Below, in pieces: positions 50,553 to 60,028 of a stretch of 64,000 bases of DNA. The stretch is from positions 224,001-288,000 of the IMG/VR virus record IMGVR_UViG_3300020045_008999, one strand, 5' to 3'. This stretch comes from a virus (taxonomy: Duplodnaviria > Heunggongvirae > Uroviricota > Caudoviricetes). The notes beneath the pieces are model-generated. The model was not told the origin of the DNA and ran no database searches. It worked only from the letters and a program-made list of their open reading frames with translations. The translations under genes and the position numbers were made by a program. The number at the start of each line of letters is the position of its first letter. Within the stretch, counting starts at the first letter, position 1.

Positions 50553-51731
50553 ATGAAAATAGATATAAATAAAGTAAAGACAACCCCTGGTGATATGGGA
50601 TTCAATTTTTGTGTATTTGGTAACCCTTCCAGTGAAATCATAGACTGGGCACAGCATTGGGATTTTCAATTGGAAATGTCAGGTCCATATACTAATATTA
50701 TGTTAAATGATTCATTAAAAATTAGCGAAATTTTTAATGAACCAACCCAATACACCTATGTTGATGGGTTTAGTCCAAACTTAAATAAGAATTTACATGT
50801 TGGGCATTTTTCAAATCTAATTATTGCAAATGCTTTTCAGAAATTAGGAATAGGTGAGAAATTTATCGCAATTTTTGGCGACACTCTTAATGGTACGACT
50901 AATAAAGAAGAGGCATTGCAACAATACAATGAATACTGTTCGGAATTTGGGTACAACGTGGATGCTACATTCTTTGCATCACAGATGGTAATTGATGATG
51001 ACAGTATATTGAAGCCCGGTGAGGGTACTTATGAGGGCTCAAGGGTATTTGATCTGGGTGATGAAAAAATTGTAGGGATAAAGAGTTCTGGTGTAACTAC
51101 ATATTTTTACCAAGATGTTGCCTTGGCGAACAATTTGAATTCATCAACATTATATTTAACTGGACTTGAGCAAGAAAACCATTTCAATTCTCTTAAAAAA
51201 ATATACCCACACACGAATCACGTGGGATTAGGGTTAGTATTATTAGATGGTAACAAAATGTCAAGTAGTGAGGGCAATGTCATATATATGAAAAATTTCA
51301 TCAACGACCTATTACCATTGTTCGATAATAACATAAAACTGGTATATAATATTATTGCCGGCCAAATATTAAAATCACAAACTGGGTCTAATAAATCAAT
51401 TGATCAATCACTTATAAATAATCCTAAAATATCGCTTGGTCTTTACATGAGTTATACAATGGCCCATATAAAAAGCTGTGGTGTAGTCACTGTAGTTAAT
51501 GAAAATTTCATTTCAAAAGAATTGGAATTTGCCTACTTTAAAAGTAAGTTTAATTTAGCACCGTGCTTATTATTTATGCAATTGGTGAACCATTGTAAAA
51601 AGATTAATAAATTATATGAACAACTGCATATTAAAGGGAATGATGAACATATTAAAATATTTTCTGATTTAATATCTGATTTAGAATTAGGAATGTCTAA
51701 ATTAGGAATGTTTTCAATTGATAAGGTCTAA
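50553..51731 (+). CDS. argS: shortened arginyl-tRNA synthetase-like protein (class I)
   Basis: SPNLNKNLHVGH (HIGH), TYFYQD, EQ..HF, KMSS.EGN, GLY.SY..A...S. Confidence 0.75.
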   Translation: MKIDINKVKTTPGDMGFNFCVFGNPSSEIIDWAQHWDFQLEMSGPYTNIMLNDSLKISEIFNEPTQYTYVDGFSPNLNKNLHVGHFSNLIIANAFQKLGIGEKFIAIFGDTLNGTTNKEEALQQYNEYCSEFGYNVDATFFASQMVIDDDSILKPGEGTYEGSRVFDLGDEKIVGIKSSGVTTYFYQDVALANNLNSSTLYLTGLEQENHFNSLKKIYPHTNHVGLGLVLLDGNKMSSSEGNVIYMKNFINDLLPLFDNNIKLVYNIIAGQILKSQTGSNKSIDQSLINNPKISLGLYMSYTMAHIKSCGVVTVVNENFISKELEFAYFKSKFNLAPCLLFMQLVNHCKKINKLYEQLHIKGNDEHIKIFSDLISDLELGMSKLGMFSIDKV

Positions 51732-51817
51732 TTAGAAAAGCAGACAATGTGTCATGTTTTCTCTATATGGTATAAAATTGGTATAACATCAAATATAAAA
51801 AATAAACTTAAATAAAT

Positions 51818-53677
51818 ATGAACAACGAAAGTAAAATTATTGGGATTGACCTTGGGAGTTACAACTCATCAGTGTCCGTTTATGAAGGTAATGAAATTAA
51901 GGTAATTGCAAATTCCGAGGGTGGATTGACAACACCATCGTATGTGGCATTTACTGCGGATGGGATTAAAGTTGGTGAGGCAGCAAAACGACAAGCAGCA
52001 ACTAATCCAGCGAACACTATTTTCAATATTAAACGTTTGATGGGGAAAACATATGATCAGGTTAAGGATATTAAAAGACCATATGAAATAGTTGATTCGA
52101 GTGGGAGAGCAGCGGTAAAAATTGATGATAAAGTATATTCCCCAGAAGAAATTTCGGCGATGATACTACAGAAAATGAAGAAAACAGCTGAGGACTTTCT
52201 TGGTCATGAAATTAAGAAAGCGGTGATCACTGTACCGGCACACTATAACAGCGACGAGCGTCAAAGTGTTATACTAGCTGGACAGATTGCTGGTTTAGAA
52301 GTAGAGCGAGTTATCGCAGAGCCAACCGCCGCAGTACTTAATGTCGATGCCAAAAGTGAAAAAAAATATGCAGTCTTTGATTTTGGCGGTCAGACTACTG
52401 ATTTTTCGATTGTCGATGTTGCAGATGGGGTTTTCGAAATACTATCAACAGATGGCGACCTAGACTTAGGTGGTAGTAGTATTGACGAATTGTTAGTGAA
52501 CTACCTTGCAGATGATTTTAAGGCCTCTGAGGGAATTGATTTGAGAAAAGATGTTATGGCACTACAGCGTCTGTTTGAAGCCGCTGAGAAGGCTAAAATT
52601 GAGCTATCTGGATCTGCAACTGTTGACATTAACATTCCATATGTTACTGCAACTGAAACCGGTCCTAAGCATCTAGTTGCGAAACTGACAAAGTCTAAAT
52701 TTGACCAACTTATTGCGGACATTGTAGCGAGAGCCATGGTAAAAGCAAAAAGTGCATTGACAAGTTCTGGACTTGGAGTTGATGAAATTGATGAGGTATT
52801 ATTAGTTGGTGGATCATCTAGAATTCCTTTGGTGCAAGAGGAATTGGAAAAGATATTCAATAAAAAACCATCCAAGTCACTGAACCCAGATACTTGTGTA
52901 TCTACCGGAGCAACTATACAAGGTGGGGTTTTATCTGGTGGAAATACTGATATTTTACTTTTGGATTTACTACCAATATCAATTGGTATTGAAACTTCTG
53001 GTGGGATCATGACCAATTTAATTGAGTCCAATACTACCATACCAGCAACTAAATCACAGGTTTTCAGCACAGCGGTGGATAATCAACCAAGTGTGGAAAT
53101 ACATGTATTACAAGGTGAGCGTCCTATGGCGAAAGATAATAAGTCCTTGGGTGTATTCACGCTTGAAATTCCGCCGGCACCAAGAGGGGTTCCACAAATT
53201 CAAATATCTATTGATGTAGATAGTAATGGAATTTTAAATGTTACTGCCGAGGATAAAGGAACTGGTAAGAAAAACAATATTAGCATTTCTGGCTCTACTA
53301 CACTATCAGAAGAAGAAGTAGAACGCATGAAATCAGAGGCCATGGAAAACGCGGAATCTGACAAGGTAGAGATGGATAAAGTAATTGCATTAAATAATGT
53401 TGAGGCAGTTATATTTCAGACTGAGAAAGACCTTAAAGAATTCTCAGATAAGATGACCGAGGATGAAATAGCAACTTTGAATAGTACTATTGATAAATTG
53501 AGATCGTTGCACACGGATAAGAAAACTGATCTAATTGAGGATGCCATCAAATCTGCAAATGATTCATGGGCTATTATTTCCGGACGATTATATTCAGAAA
53601 ATCAAGCGAATGCTGCCGATACATCATCTGATGTTAGTGAAGAAGTTGAATTTGAAGAAGTGAATGAAGATAAATAA
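51818..53677 (+). CDS. dnaK: Hsp70 chaperone DnaK
   Basis: IIGIDLG..NS, TTPS.VAF, AVITVPA, EPTAA, LVGGSSRIP, QGERPMA.DN, PAPRGVPQI. Confidence 0.97.
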   Translation: MNNESKIIGIDLGSYNSSVSVYEGNEIKVIANSEGGLTTPSYVAFTADGIKVGEAAKRQAATNPANTIFNIKRLMGKTYDQVKDIKRPYEIVDSSGRAAVKIDDKVYSPEEISAMILQKMKKTAEDFLGHEIKKAVITVPAHYNSDERQSVILAGQIAGLEVERVIAEPTAAVLNVDAKSEKKYAVFDFGGQTTDFSIVDVADGVFEILSTDGDLDLGGSSIDELLVNYLADDFKASEGIDLRKDVMALQRLFEAAEKAKIELSGSATVDINIPYVTATETGPKHLVAKLTKSKFDQLIADIVARAMVKAKSALTSSGLGVDEIDEVLLVGGSSRIPLVQEELEKIFNKKPSKSLNPDTCVSTGATIQGGVLSGGNTDILLLDLLPISIGIETSGGIMTNLIESNTTIPATKSQVFSTAVDNQPSVEIHVLQGERPMAKDNKSLGVFTLEIPPAPRGVPQIQISIDVDSNGILNVTAEDKGTGKKNNISISGSTTLSEEEVERMKSEAMENAESDKVEMDKVIALNNVEAVIFQTEKDLKEFSDKMTEDEIATLNSTIDKLRSLHTDKKTDLIEDAIKSANDSWAIISGRLYSENQANAADTSSDVSEEVEFEEVNEDK

Positions 53678-53691
53678 TTGATAATAAATAT

Positions 53692-53729
53692 AAAAAAATG
53701 GTGTTGAATATTCAACACCATTTTTTTTT
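53692..53729 (+). terminator. intrinsic terminator after dnaK
   Basis: AAAAAAATGGTGTTGAAT-ATTCAACACCATTTTTTTTT. Confidence 0.85.
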
Positions 53730-53856
53730 AATAATTCAATGGATATTTAAACCGGTCATCGCATAAAAGAAAAAGATTAAAAGAAGAATCTGAGCGTAAG
53801 AAATTTGAAAAACTTTCTTTGAAATACAAAACGTAGTCTTGTTACTAACTACTTTA

Positions 53857-54375
53857 TTATATTCTTGGTTTATTTTTTTCTTGCATATATTTAACAACAT
53901 CTTCATATTTAACATTCCCCGGTGATTTAAATAAGATTTCAGAATTCCCAGTTGGTTTCAATTCCTTTTGAGTTGTTGCCTGATCGACCACCATATCTTT
54001 GGCATCTCTTACAACCTTTTCATTTTCCAACATTGTTCTGATAATAAATCCTAAGTAAGAATCAATTCCAACTGATTTATATTTATCATTATTGAATTTG
54101 ATAATGTATTCCACCTCTTCACAATAAGTAGCAATTGATTCATCGCGAATATAGTAATCTATATAAAAGTTCACATTACCAACATTACCAACACGATTAG
54201 CAGTCGTGTTATACTTGGTATTATAATAGTGTAAAAATGGATCTTTTGTACTAAAAATCCGGTCGCCCGATTTTTTATCGGTAATGGTTGCTGAAAAACC
54301 CAAATTGGATTTATAATATTTACTTTTTTTTATCTTTTCGAGAACTGCGGGCCCGGTTACTATATTTATGTTCAT
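53857..54375 (-). CDS. hypothetical protein (late operon)
   Basis: coupled ORF. Confidence 0.6.
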   Translation of the reverse strand: MNINIVTGPAVLEKIKKSKYYKSNLGFSATITDKKSGDRIFSTKDPFLHYYNTKYNTTANRVGNVGNVNFYIDYYIRDESIATYCEEVEYIIKFNNDKYKSVGIDSYLGFIIRTMLENEKVVRDAKDMVVDQATTQKELKPTGNSEILFKSPGNVKYEDVVKYMQEKNKPRI

Positions 54376-54857
54376 TATTCGGTGGTATTGTTATTGTTTA
54401 GATTCGCATAATCCACAAATATCTTCGATATGGATTGATTATATATATCAATTTCACCACTCCCCGTAATGGCATATGTATCTATTAGAGTTGTAACATA
54501 ATATTCTTGTCCCGATTGATGAATTTTTCCCAAATATGCATTATTACTTAATTTAAAGACATTTAGACCAATAGTATAGAATCCTAGTTTATTTTGCATT
54601 AAAGTCATGTTGTCTTGAAAATAACTCTTGGTATGTAGGCGAACGATATCAAATGTATTGCGTTTGATTCCATCAACATCCTTAAATTGCTGAATATCAA
54701 TATTGTAATAATGTAGCATGACTTCATACAATATATCAAATTCATTATTATCGATGATTGAATCTATAATTTTTTTATAATTCAATATACCATCTTTACC
54801 AGTTTTCGCAATTGCATCAATCTTCCGATATGTTTTCTTAATTATCTTCTTATTCAT
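54375..54857 (-). CDS. hypothetical protein (late operon)
   Basis: coupled ORF. Confidence 0.6.
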   Translation of the reverse strand: MNKKIIKKTYRKIDAIAKTGKDGILNYKKIIDSIIDNNEFDILYEVMLHYYNIDIQQFKDVDGIKRNTFDIVRLHTKSYFQDNMTLMQNKLGFYTIGLNVFKLSNNAYLGKIHQSGQEYYVTTLIDTYAITGSGEIDIYNQSISKIFVDYANLNNNNTTE

Positions 54858-54859
54858 GA

Positions 54860-55858
54860 TTATAATGTTGTATCGGATTTTGTTTCATCTTCTTCGCCTG
54901 TCGTTGAATTAGGCTCATCTAACTTAGCTTTTATGGCATCATCCTTGTCAGTAGAAACGATCTTACCTTTCAGAATTGGGAACGCTTTTGATGAATCATC
55001 TTTCGTAGTAGTTACTAATAATTCATCTTCTTTCAAAGCCCTGCTCAATTTTGCATCATCTACATCCACATAAAATGCATCAGTTACACTTTTATTCCCA
55101 TTTGACCAATATTTAACTGCTTCCCCGGTAGTGAATTTATATTCACCATTAGAAAATTTAGAGTTCCATATATATTTTTCATCTTTTTCGGCTGCATCGA
55201 CATCAAACTCGGTAGGTGTAGACGTTTCTACCCCATTCGCTGGGTCTGTATTTTTTGCTTCGATATTTTTCTCAATATCTATTTTTTTTGTACTAACTTC
55301 CTTGGCTTTATCCATTAATGATTTAGCCATTTTTTGTAGTGTTGGTGATTTTTCAATCTGTTCCGCACTCAATCCAATTCCATTGTTTATCATATCCAAT
55401 TCCGTTTGTAAAAATTCTTGTGTCATGTCAAATTTCTTCAGCACTATATAATCTTTAACAAATGGGCTGCTTTCGTTTTTTATGATGAGGTCCATTTCTT
55501 TATCATATTTTGCCTTGGCATTTGCAATTTGTTTATCGATTGTGCTGTCTGCTTTTTGGTATTTAATTACTAAATTTTTCATTTCGTTTTGATCACCAAC
55601 ACCACCATTATCAATAGACAGTTGTAATTCACCAATGGCTTTTATAGTAGCAATTTTAGGCTCACGTATTTTAATTAATTCAAGTCGATATTTTTTTAAA
55701 AGATTATCTATTTCTGCTACAGATCCGATTGATTTGGAAATATTTATTGCAATTTTAGATTTTATGTTGTTGAATAAATTTTTAAAAACACCACCCAATA
55801 GTTCTTCATTTACAATAGTTAACTTGGTGTGTGATGTTCTGGGTTTTATATATCTCAT
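54860..55858 (-). CDS. putative virion protein
   Basis: MRYIK...VNEE N-terminus; TTAATATATA at 55879-55888; helical. Confidence 0.55.
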   Translation of the reverse strand: MRYIKPRTSHTKLTIVNEELLGGVFKNLFNNIKSKIAINISKSIGSVAEIDNLLKKYRLELIKIREPKIATIKAIGELQLSIDNGGVGDQNEMKNLVIKYQKADSTIDKQIANAKAKYDKEMDLIIKNESSPFVKDYIVLKKFDMTQEFLQTELDMINNGIGLSAEQIEKSPTLQKMAKSLMDKAKEVSTKKIDIEKNIEAKNTDPANGVETSTPTEFDVDAAEKDEKYIWNSKFSNGEYKFTTGEAVKYWSNGNKSVTDAFYVDVDDAKLSRALKEDELLVTTTKDDSSKAFPILKGKIVSTDKDDAIKAKLDEPNSTTGEEDETKSDTTL

Positions 55859-55938
55859 CGGAAAAATATGTTTTTTATTATATATTAAAAAAACCTTTTC
55901 ATGTTATTTGAGTATAATGCTAAAGTAAAACACTTATT

Positions 55939-56406
55939 ATGAGAAAAGAAATAGAAATGGTTGGAGATTTTCAGCGTCAATTTGAAGCACCTGTATTAGA
56001 AACACCAACAATACCAGACACACAGAGGTGTGAATTGAAAATAAGTCTAATACAAGAAGAGTTAAATGAAATTAAAGCGGGGATCCAAGAAAATAACATG
56101 ATCGAAGTGATGGATGGTGTCGCAGATTTATTATACGTTACATTTGGTTTGATCAATGAATTTGGTTTAAATAAATCCATTGTGGATATATTCAATGAGG
56201 TACATCGTAGTAACATGACCAAAGCATGTAATACATTCGAGGAAGCCGAACAAACGGTATCTTTTTATAAAGAGAAAGACAACACTGATTCATATATCAA
56301 AGTAGTAGGGGATACATACGTGGTATATAGAAGTGGTGATAATAAAGTATTAAAATCAATAAATTATTCACCAGCTAATATTGCACAACATTATGAAATT
56401 ATCTAA
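55939..56406 (+). CDS. MazG-like nucleotide pyrophosphohydrolase (PRA-PH family)
   Basis: LIQEELNE, DGVADLLYV..G, EVHRSNMTK, KVLKS.NY. Confidence 0.85.
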   Translation: MRKEIEMVGDFQRQFEAPVLETPTIPDTQRCELKISLIQEELNEIKAGIQENNMIEVMDGVADLLYVTFGLINEFGLNKSIVDIFNEVHRSNMTKACNTFEEAEQTVSFYKEKDNTDSYIKVVGDTYVVYRSGDNKVLKSINYSPANIAQHYEII

Positions 56407-56704
56407 ATATATTGTAAAATTTGAAGTAGTATCGGAAAATCAATCAACTAACAGAATCATCGGAATTGATACCATATTAGGTAATTTTCCAAATGAAATA
56501 GAATCTGATTCTCCAATAGATTTGTTTTTTAGTGAACAACTCATATTTGCTGGTGTTTTATATACAATAAGTAATACAAAATCAGAAATATCACTCAAAG
56601 ATGATGAACTTTGTCATATCAAGCATATTACTTTGTCTATTCCAGATGATGGTGTGGACCCATATTATGATCCAGAAACATTTGATTTTTGTGATTTTCT
56701 TTAA
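56393..56704 (+). CDS. hypothetical protein
   Basis: coupled ORF, ATG at 56393. Confidence 0.5.
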   Translation: MKLSKYIVKFEVVSENQSTNRIIGIDTILGNFPNEIESDSPIDLFFSEQLIFAGVLYTISNTKSEISLKDDELCHIKHITLSIPDDGVDPYYDPETFDFCDFL

Positions 56705-56718
56705 TTAAATAAACGTAA

Positions 56719-57897
56719 ATGTCAATTAAAATAATATTAACACAAATAATGAAAAATGAGACCAAAGTTATTGAGCGCATGCTTAATACTACACTTGGCT
56801 TCATTGATGGTATTGCCATGGTTGACACTGGTTCTACGGACAATTCAATTCAATTGGTTCGGGATTGGGGGGAAATTCATGGGGTTGAGACATATATAAT
56901 ATCTAGACCATTTGATAATTATGAAAATTCTAGAAATGCCGCCATTGATTTAGCAAATAAGAATTTTCTTTCGAAAAATGATAACCATGATTATTTTGGT
57001 TTTTGGTTGGATGCGGATGAAGAATTATGTATTGATGGGGATTTTGACAAAACTAAAATAACAAAAGATTTATACCAGTTGACTACCAAGATGGGTAACA
57101 TGGTTTATACTAGGAATGAATTGTATCGCTTATCTAAACCATTTAGGTTTTATGGAATTTTACATGAATATTTAGTATGTTCTGACACAACAATATCTAC
57201 CGGCTTATTAAATGGCATCAGTGTGAATGTTAATTCCGATGGTGCATCATGGACAAATGGGTCAATCGCAGATAAATATAAAAAACATGCCGCATTACTA
57301 GAGGACCACCTAGATAACAACAGTCGAGATCCAAGGTGGGTTTTTTATACGGGACAATCATATTTTGATTCTGCATCATTAGTTAATAATCGAGTGGAAA
57401 ATGATGAACGATTAACCAGAGCTATCAAGTATTATAAAGAACGTGTAGGTATTAAATCGGGCTATGTTGAAGAGCGATTTTATTCACAATTCAGAATAGG
57501 ATTGTGTATGAGTAAATTAGAACGACCATGGAAAGACACTATGGAAGAATACCTTAAAGCATATTCACTCGATTCAAATAGAGCTGAACCACTTAAAGAA
57601 ATTATTGAATATTATGTTAGTGTGAAGGAATGGAATTTAGCTTATATCTATAGTAAGTTCGCCAAAATAAATCACCATGGTAAGTCACCCTATCCAAGTA
57701 GGGTATTGTTTGTCAGTCCGGATTTGTATGCTTGGAAATTATTAGAATATCATTCTGTTGTGTGTTATTACAGCAACCGGAAAGAAGAATCAAAATCGGT
57801 CTATAAAGACTTGATGAATATTTTAAAAGAATCACCTCAATTATTTTCGATGGAAGACCGTCTGAAAATAACTGCAAATGCTAAATACTTTTTATAA
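56719..57897 (+). CDS. GT2-family glycosyltransferase with TPR-like C-terminus
   Basis: IMKNE..VIER.L, DTGSTD, SRN, LDADE, LHEYL; R.VFY.GQSY. Confidence 0.85.
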   Translation: MSIKIILTQIMKNETKVIERMLNTTLGFIDGIAMVDTGSTDNSIQLVRDWGEIHGVETYIISRPFDNYENSRNAAIDLANKNFLSKNDNHDYFGFWLDADEELCIDGDFDKTKITKDLYQLTTKMGNMVYTRNELYRLSKPFRFYGILHEYLVCSDTTISTGLLNGISVNVNSDGASWTNGSIADKYKKHAALLEDHLDNNSRDPRWVFYTGQSYFDSASLVNNRVENDERLTRAIKYYKERVGIKSGYVEERFYSQFRIGLCMSKLERPWKDTMEEYLKAYSLDSNRAEPLKEIIEYYVSVKEWNLAYIYSKFAKINHHGKSPYPSRVLFVSPDLYAWKLLEYHSVVCYYSNRKEESKSVYKDLMNILKESPQLFSMEDRLKITANAKYFL

Positions 57898-58457
57898 TGT
57901 TGATATCGATAATTGGCGCGCCCTCTAGTGGGAAATCCACCTTAGCAACCTCGGTACAGTATTCCATGAAAAAAAGTGGAATGAATTCAGTATTTGTAAC
58001 TGAGGCCGCCACCGACTATATCGCAGAGTATGGGATACCTAATTCTGCTATTGAACAAATGGTTATTTTTTATAAGCAATTGAATAGAGAGAAGATGTAT
58101 ATGGAAAGTAAGGATTATATAATTTGTGATTCCAGTTCATTGTTAAATTATTTTTACTTCCGGACAATGTTTCCGCAGAAACCCTCTGGTAAGGATATTG
58201 CAACCATCAACCACGTTCAAAAGGAAATATTAAAATCGATCAACCAATGGGACTATATTTTTTACATACCCCCGATGGATATAGATCCTAATGATGGAAT
58301 ACGCTTCCATAATCATTCAGAAATAACGGAATTAGACATTCGTATAAAATCATATCTGAATATGGAAAATATTAATTATATTGATCTAAGTAATGTTCCA
58401 TTGGATGATCGTGATGCATTTATAATTAACACTATATCAAAAAGTCCCATTAAGTAG
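57897..58457 (+). CDS. P-loop kinase/ATPase (NadR-kinase/AAA_28-like)
   Basis: IIGAPSSGKSTLA; V.E.A; IICDSS; DGIR. Confidence 0.7.
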   Translation: MLISIIGAPSSGKSTLATSVQYSMKKSGMNSVFVTEAATDYIAEYGIPNSAIEQMVIFYKQLNREKMYMESKDYIICDSSSLLNYFYFRTMFPQKPSGKDIATINHVQKEILKSINQWDYIFYIPPMDIDPNDGIRFHNHSEITELDIRIKSYLNMENINYIDLSNVPLDDRDAFIINTISKSPIK

Positions 58458-58521
58458 TGGGATTTTTTGGTTAAGTCGTTTTTTATACATATATTTGTAC
58501 TATTAATCAAAAATATTTATT

Positions 58522-58785
58522 ATGGTAACTAAGAAAAATAAAACCGTGGAACCATTTCGTCCAATTAGTGTCATAGCAAATGAAATTGTAGCAGACTGGG
58601 GTGCTAATGTAAATTTTGGTGCGGTGCCTCATCTGAATGCGTTATTACAACTTGATAAAATTTCAGATTCGTATGGTCTAGATAGTGCTGAATTAACTAT
58701 CGCGTACTTTCTTTCAAATGCATCAACCTGGCGAGGTGAGACTGCCCGACGCATTAAGTTAGAGTTAAATCGAATGATCAAATAA
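58522..58785 (+). CDS. conserved phage hypothetical protein
   Basis: YG.DS....YFL.NA.TWRGE.AR.IK.EL motif. Confidence 0.6.
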   Translation: MVTKKNKTVEPFRPISVIANEIVADWGANVNFGAVPHLNALLQLDKISDSYGLDSAELTIAYFLSNASTWRGETARRIKLELNRMIK

Positions 58786-58790
58786 TGATT

Positions 58791-59249
58791 AAACGTTTGT
58801 CGCCTGTGGTAGTTGGGAAAATAAAGCCCAAAACACCGAATAATTACTAATCATAAAAACACAAAACAATGTCAAAGTTAAAGACCGAAACCCAATTACC
58901 ACAAGCAATTGTTAGCCGTTCGGTTGATGATTTTGATTATACGTGTTTCAAATGTAAAACTTATAAAACAAATAATTTAGATAATTTATTCGACCATCGC
59001 CAATATTGTAAAATAAAAACAAATAAAATAAAAAAAATATGGAATCAATTAATGCAAATGCTATCTGTTTAGATTGTGGAACTGCAAAAGAAAATCCTGA
59101 AAATGGTTTTTGTATGAATGGTCACGATAACTGGCTTGAAGAAATGGATAAAATAGAAAGATTTTCAGAGGCTTCAATTAAATTTAATAAAACAACTTCT
59201 GAATTGATGTTTCATATTCAGCAGAATGTTTCTATAACTGAAGGCTAAC
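58791..59249 (+). mobile_element. attC-like hairpin plus gene cassette relic 2 (ORFs 58869-59072 and 59039-59248, both Cys-containing)
   Basis: IR CCTGTGGTAGTTGGG/CCCAATTACCACAAG; core GTTAGCCGTTCGGTT matches end AACTGAAGGCTAAC. Confidence 0.55.
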
Positions 59250-59659
59250 AATATACTTTGGTAGAAGCTATGGTAATTATTGAACAACCAAATAGCGATG
59301 GGTATATGTTCTTATAAAAGAATGTAATTTACCAGTAGACATTGTAAAAGCGTTGGTTAAAAATTATTCGGTATTTCTGGCCCCGATGAGTCCGGATAGT
59401 TGGGATTTTAAAATTTATAATAGATTGGGTGTTATAGAAAATAAAAATTGGTCACCAATTAATGAATGTACAATAAAAACAAATTGAAATCATATGGGAA
59501 ATGTAGTAAAATTTAAAGTATCCGTATCTAATTTAGAACAGCGTAGTTTAAATAGAGTAAGGGAAATTAATTTGAAAAAATTAAATGATATGAAACTTCA
59601 AGGAAAGACTAAAGAAATGTGTTATCCTAAGTTTACCAAAATATTTGTAGATAATAACT

Positions 59660-60016
59660 ATGGGACATAGACAAGAAATGACCAAAGAGCAGCGGATGGA
59701 CTGGGACCTGAGACAATATCAAGCTAAACTAGATGCGAATAAAGGTAGTAATTTTGAATATTGGTCTAGTAAGCACGATGAAATGATTGAGAATGATTGG
59801 GATTTATATATTTTCATAAATGATAGGAGGCAAAATATGGGATTGTCATGTGAAGAATATTATACAAATAGTGAATGCCAAGCAAAGGAGATAGTTGAAT
59901 CATTGAGATCTAATAATAATTTTGCAAGAATTATATCTGGATATAGACAAACGGTTCAACGAGTTAAATCATTTTCGATCATATATAAACCAAAGAAAAC
60001 GAAAAAATCCACCTAA
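59660..60016 (+). CDS. hypothetical protein
   Basis: ORF. Confidence 0.55.
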   Translation: MGHRQEMTKEQRMDWDLRQYQAKLDANKGSNFEYWSSKHDEMIENDWDLYIFINDRRQNMGLSCEEYYTNSECQAKEIVESLRSNNNFARIISGYRQTVQRVKSFSIIYKPKKTKKST

Positions 60017-60027
60017 TGGTGGATTTT
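60002..60027. terminator. bidirectional intrinsic terminator
   Basis: AAAAAATCCACC-TAAT-GGTGGATTTT. Confidence 0.8.
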
Positions 60028-60028
60028 A

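Noticed and set aside
59376-59410. Hammerhead-ribozyme-like CCGATGAG segment
   Set aside because: Core is not CUGANGA and no GAAA or stems in correct geometry; lies in a probable degraded ORF
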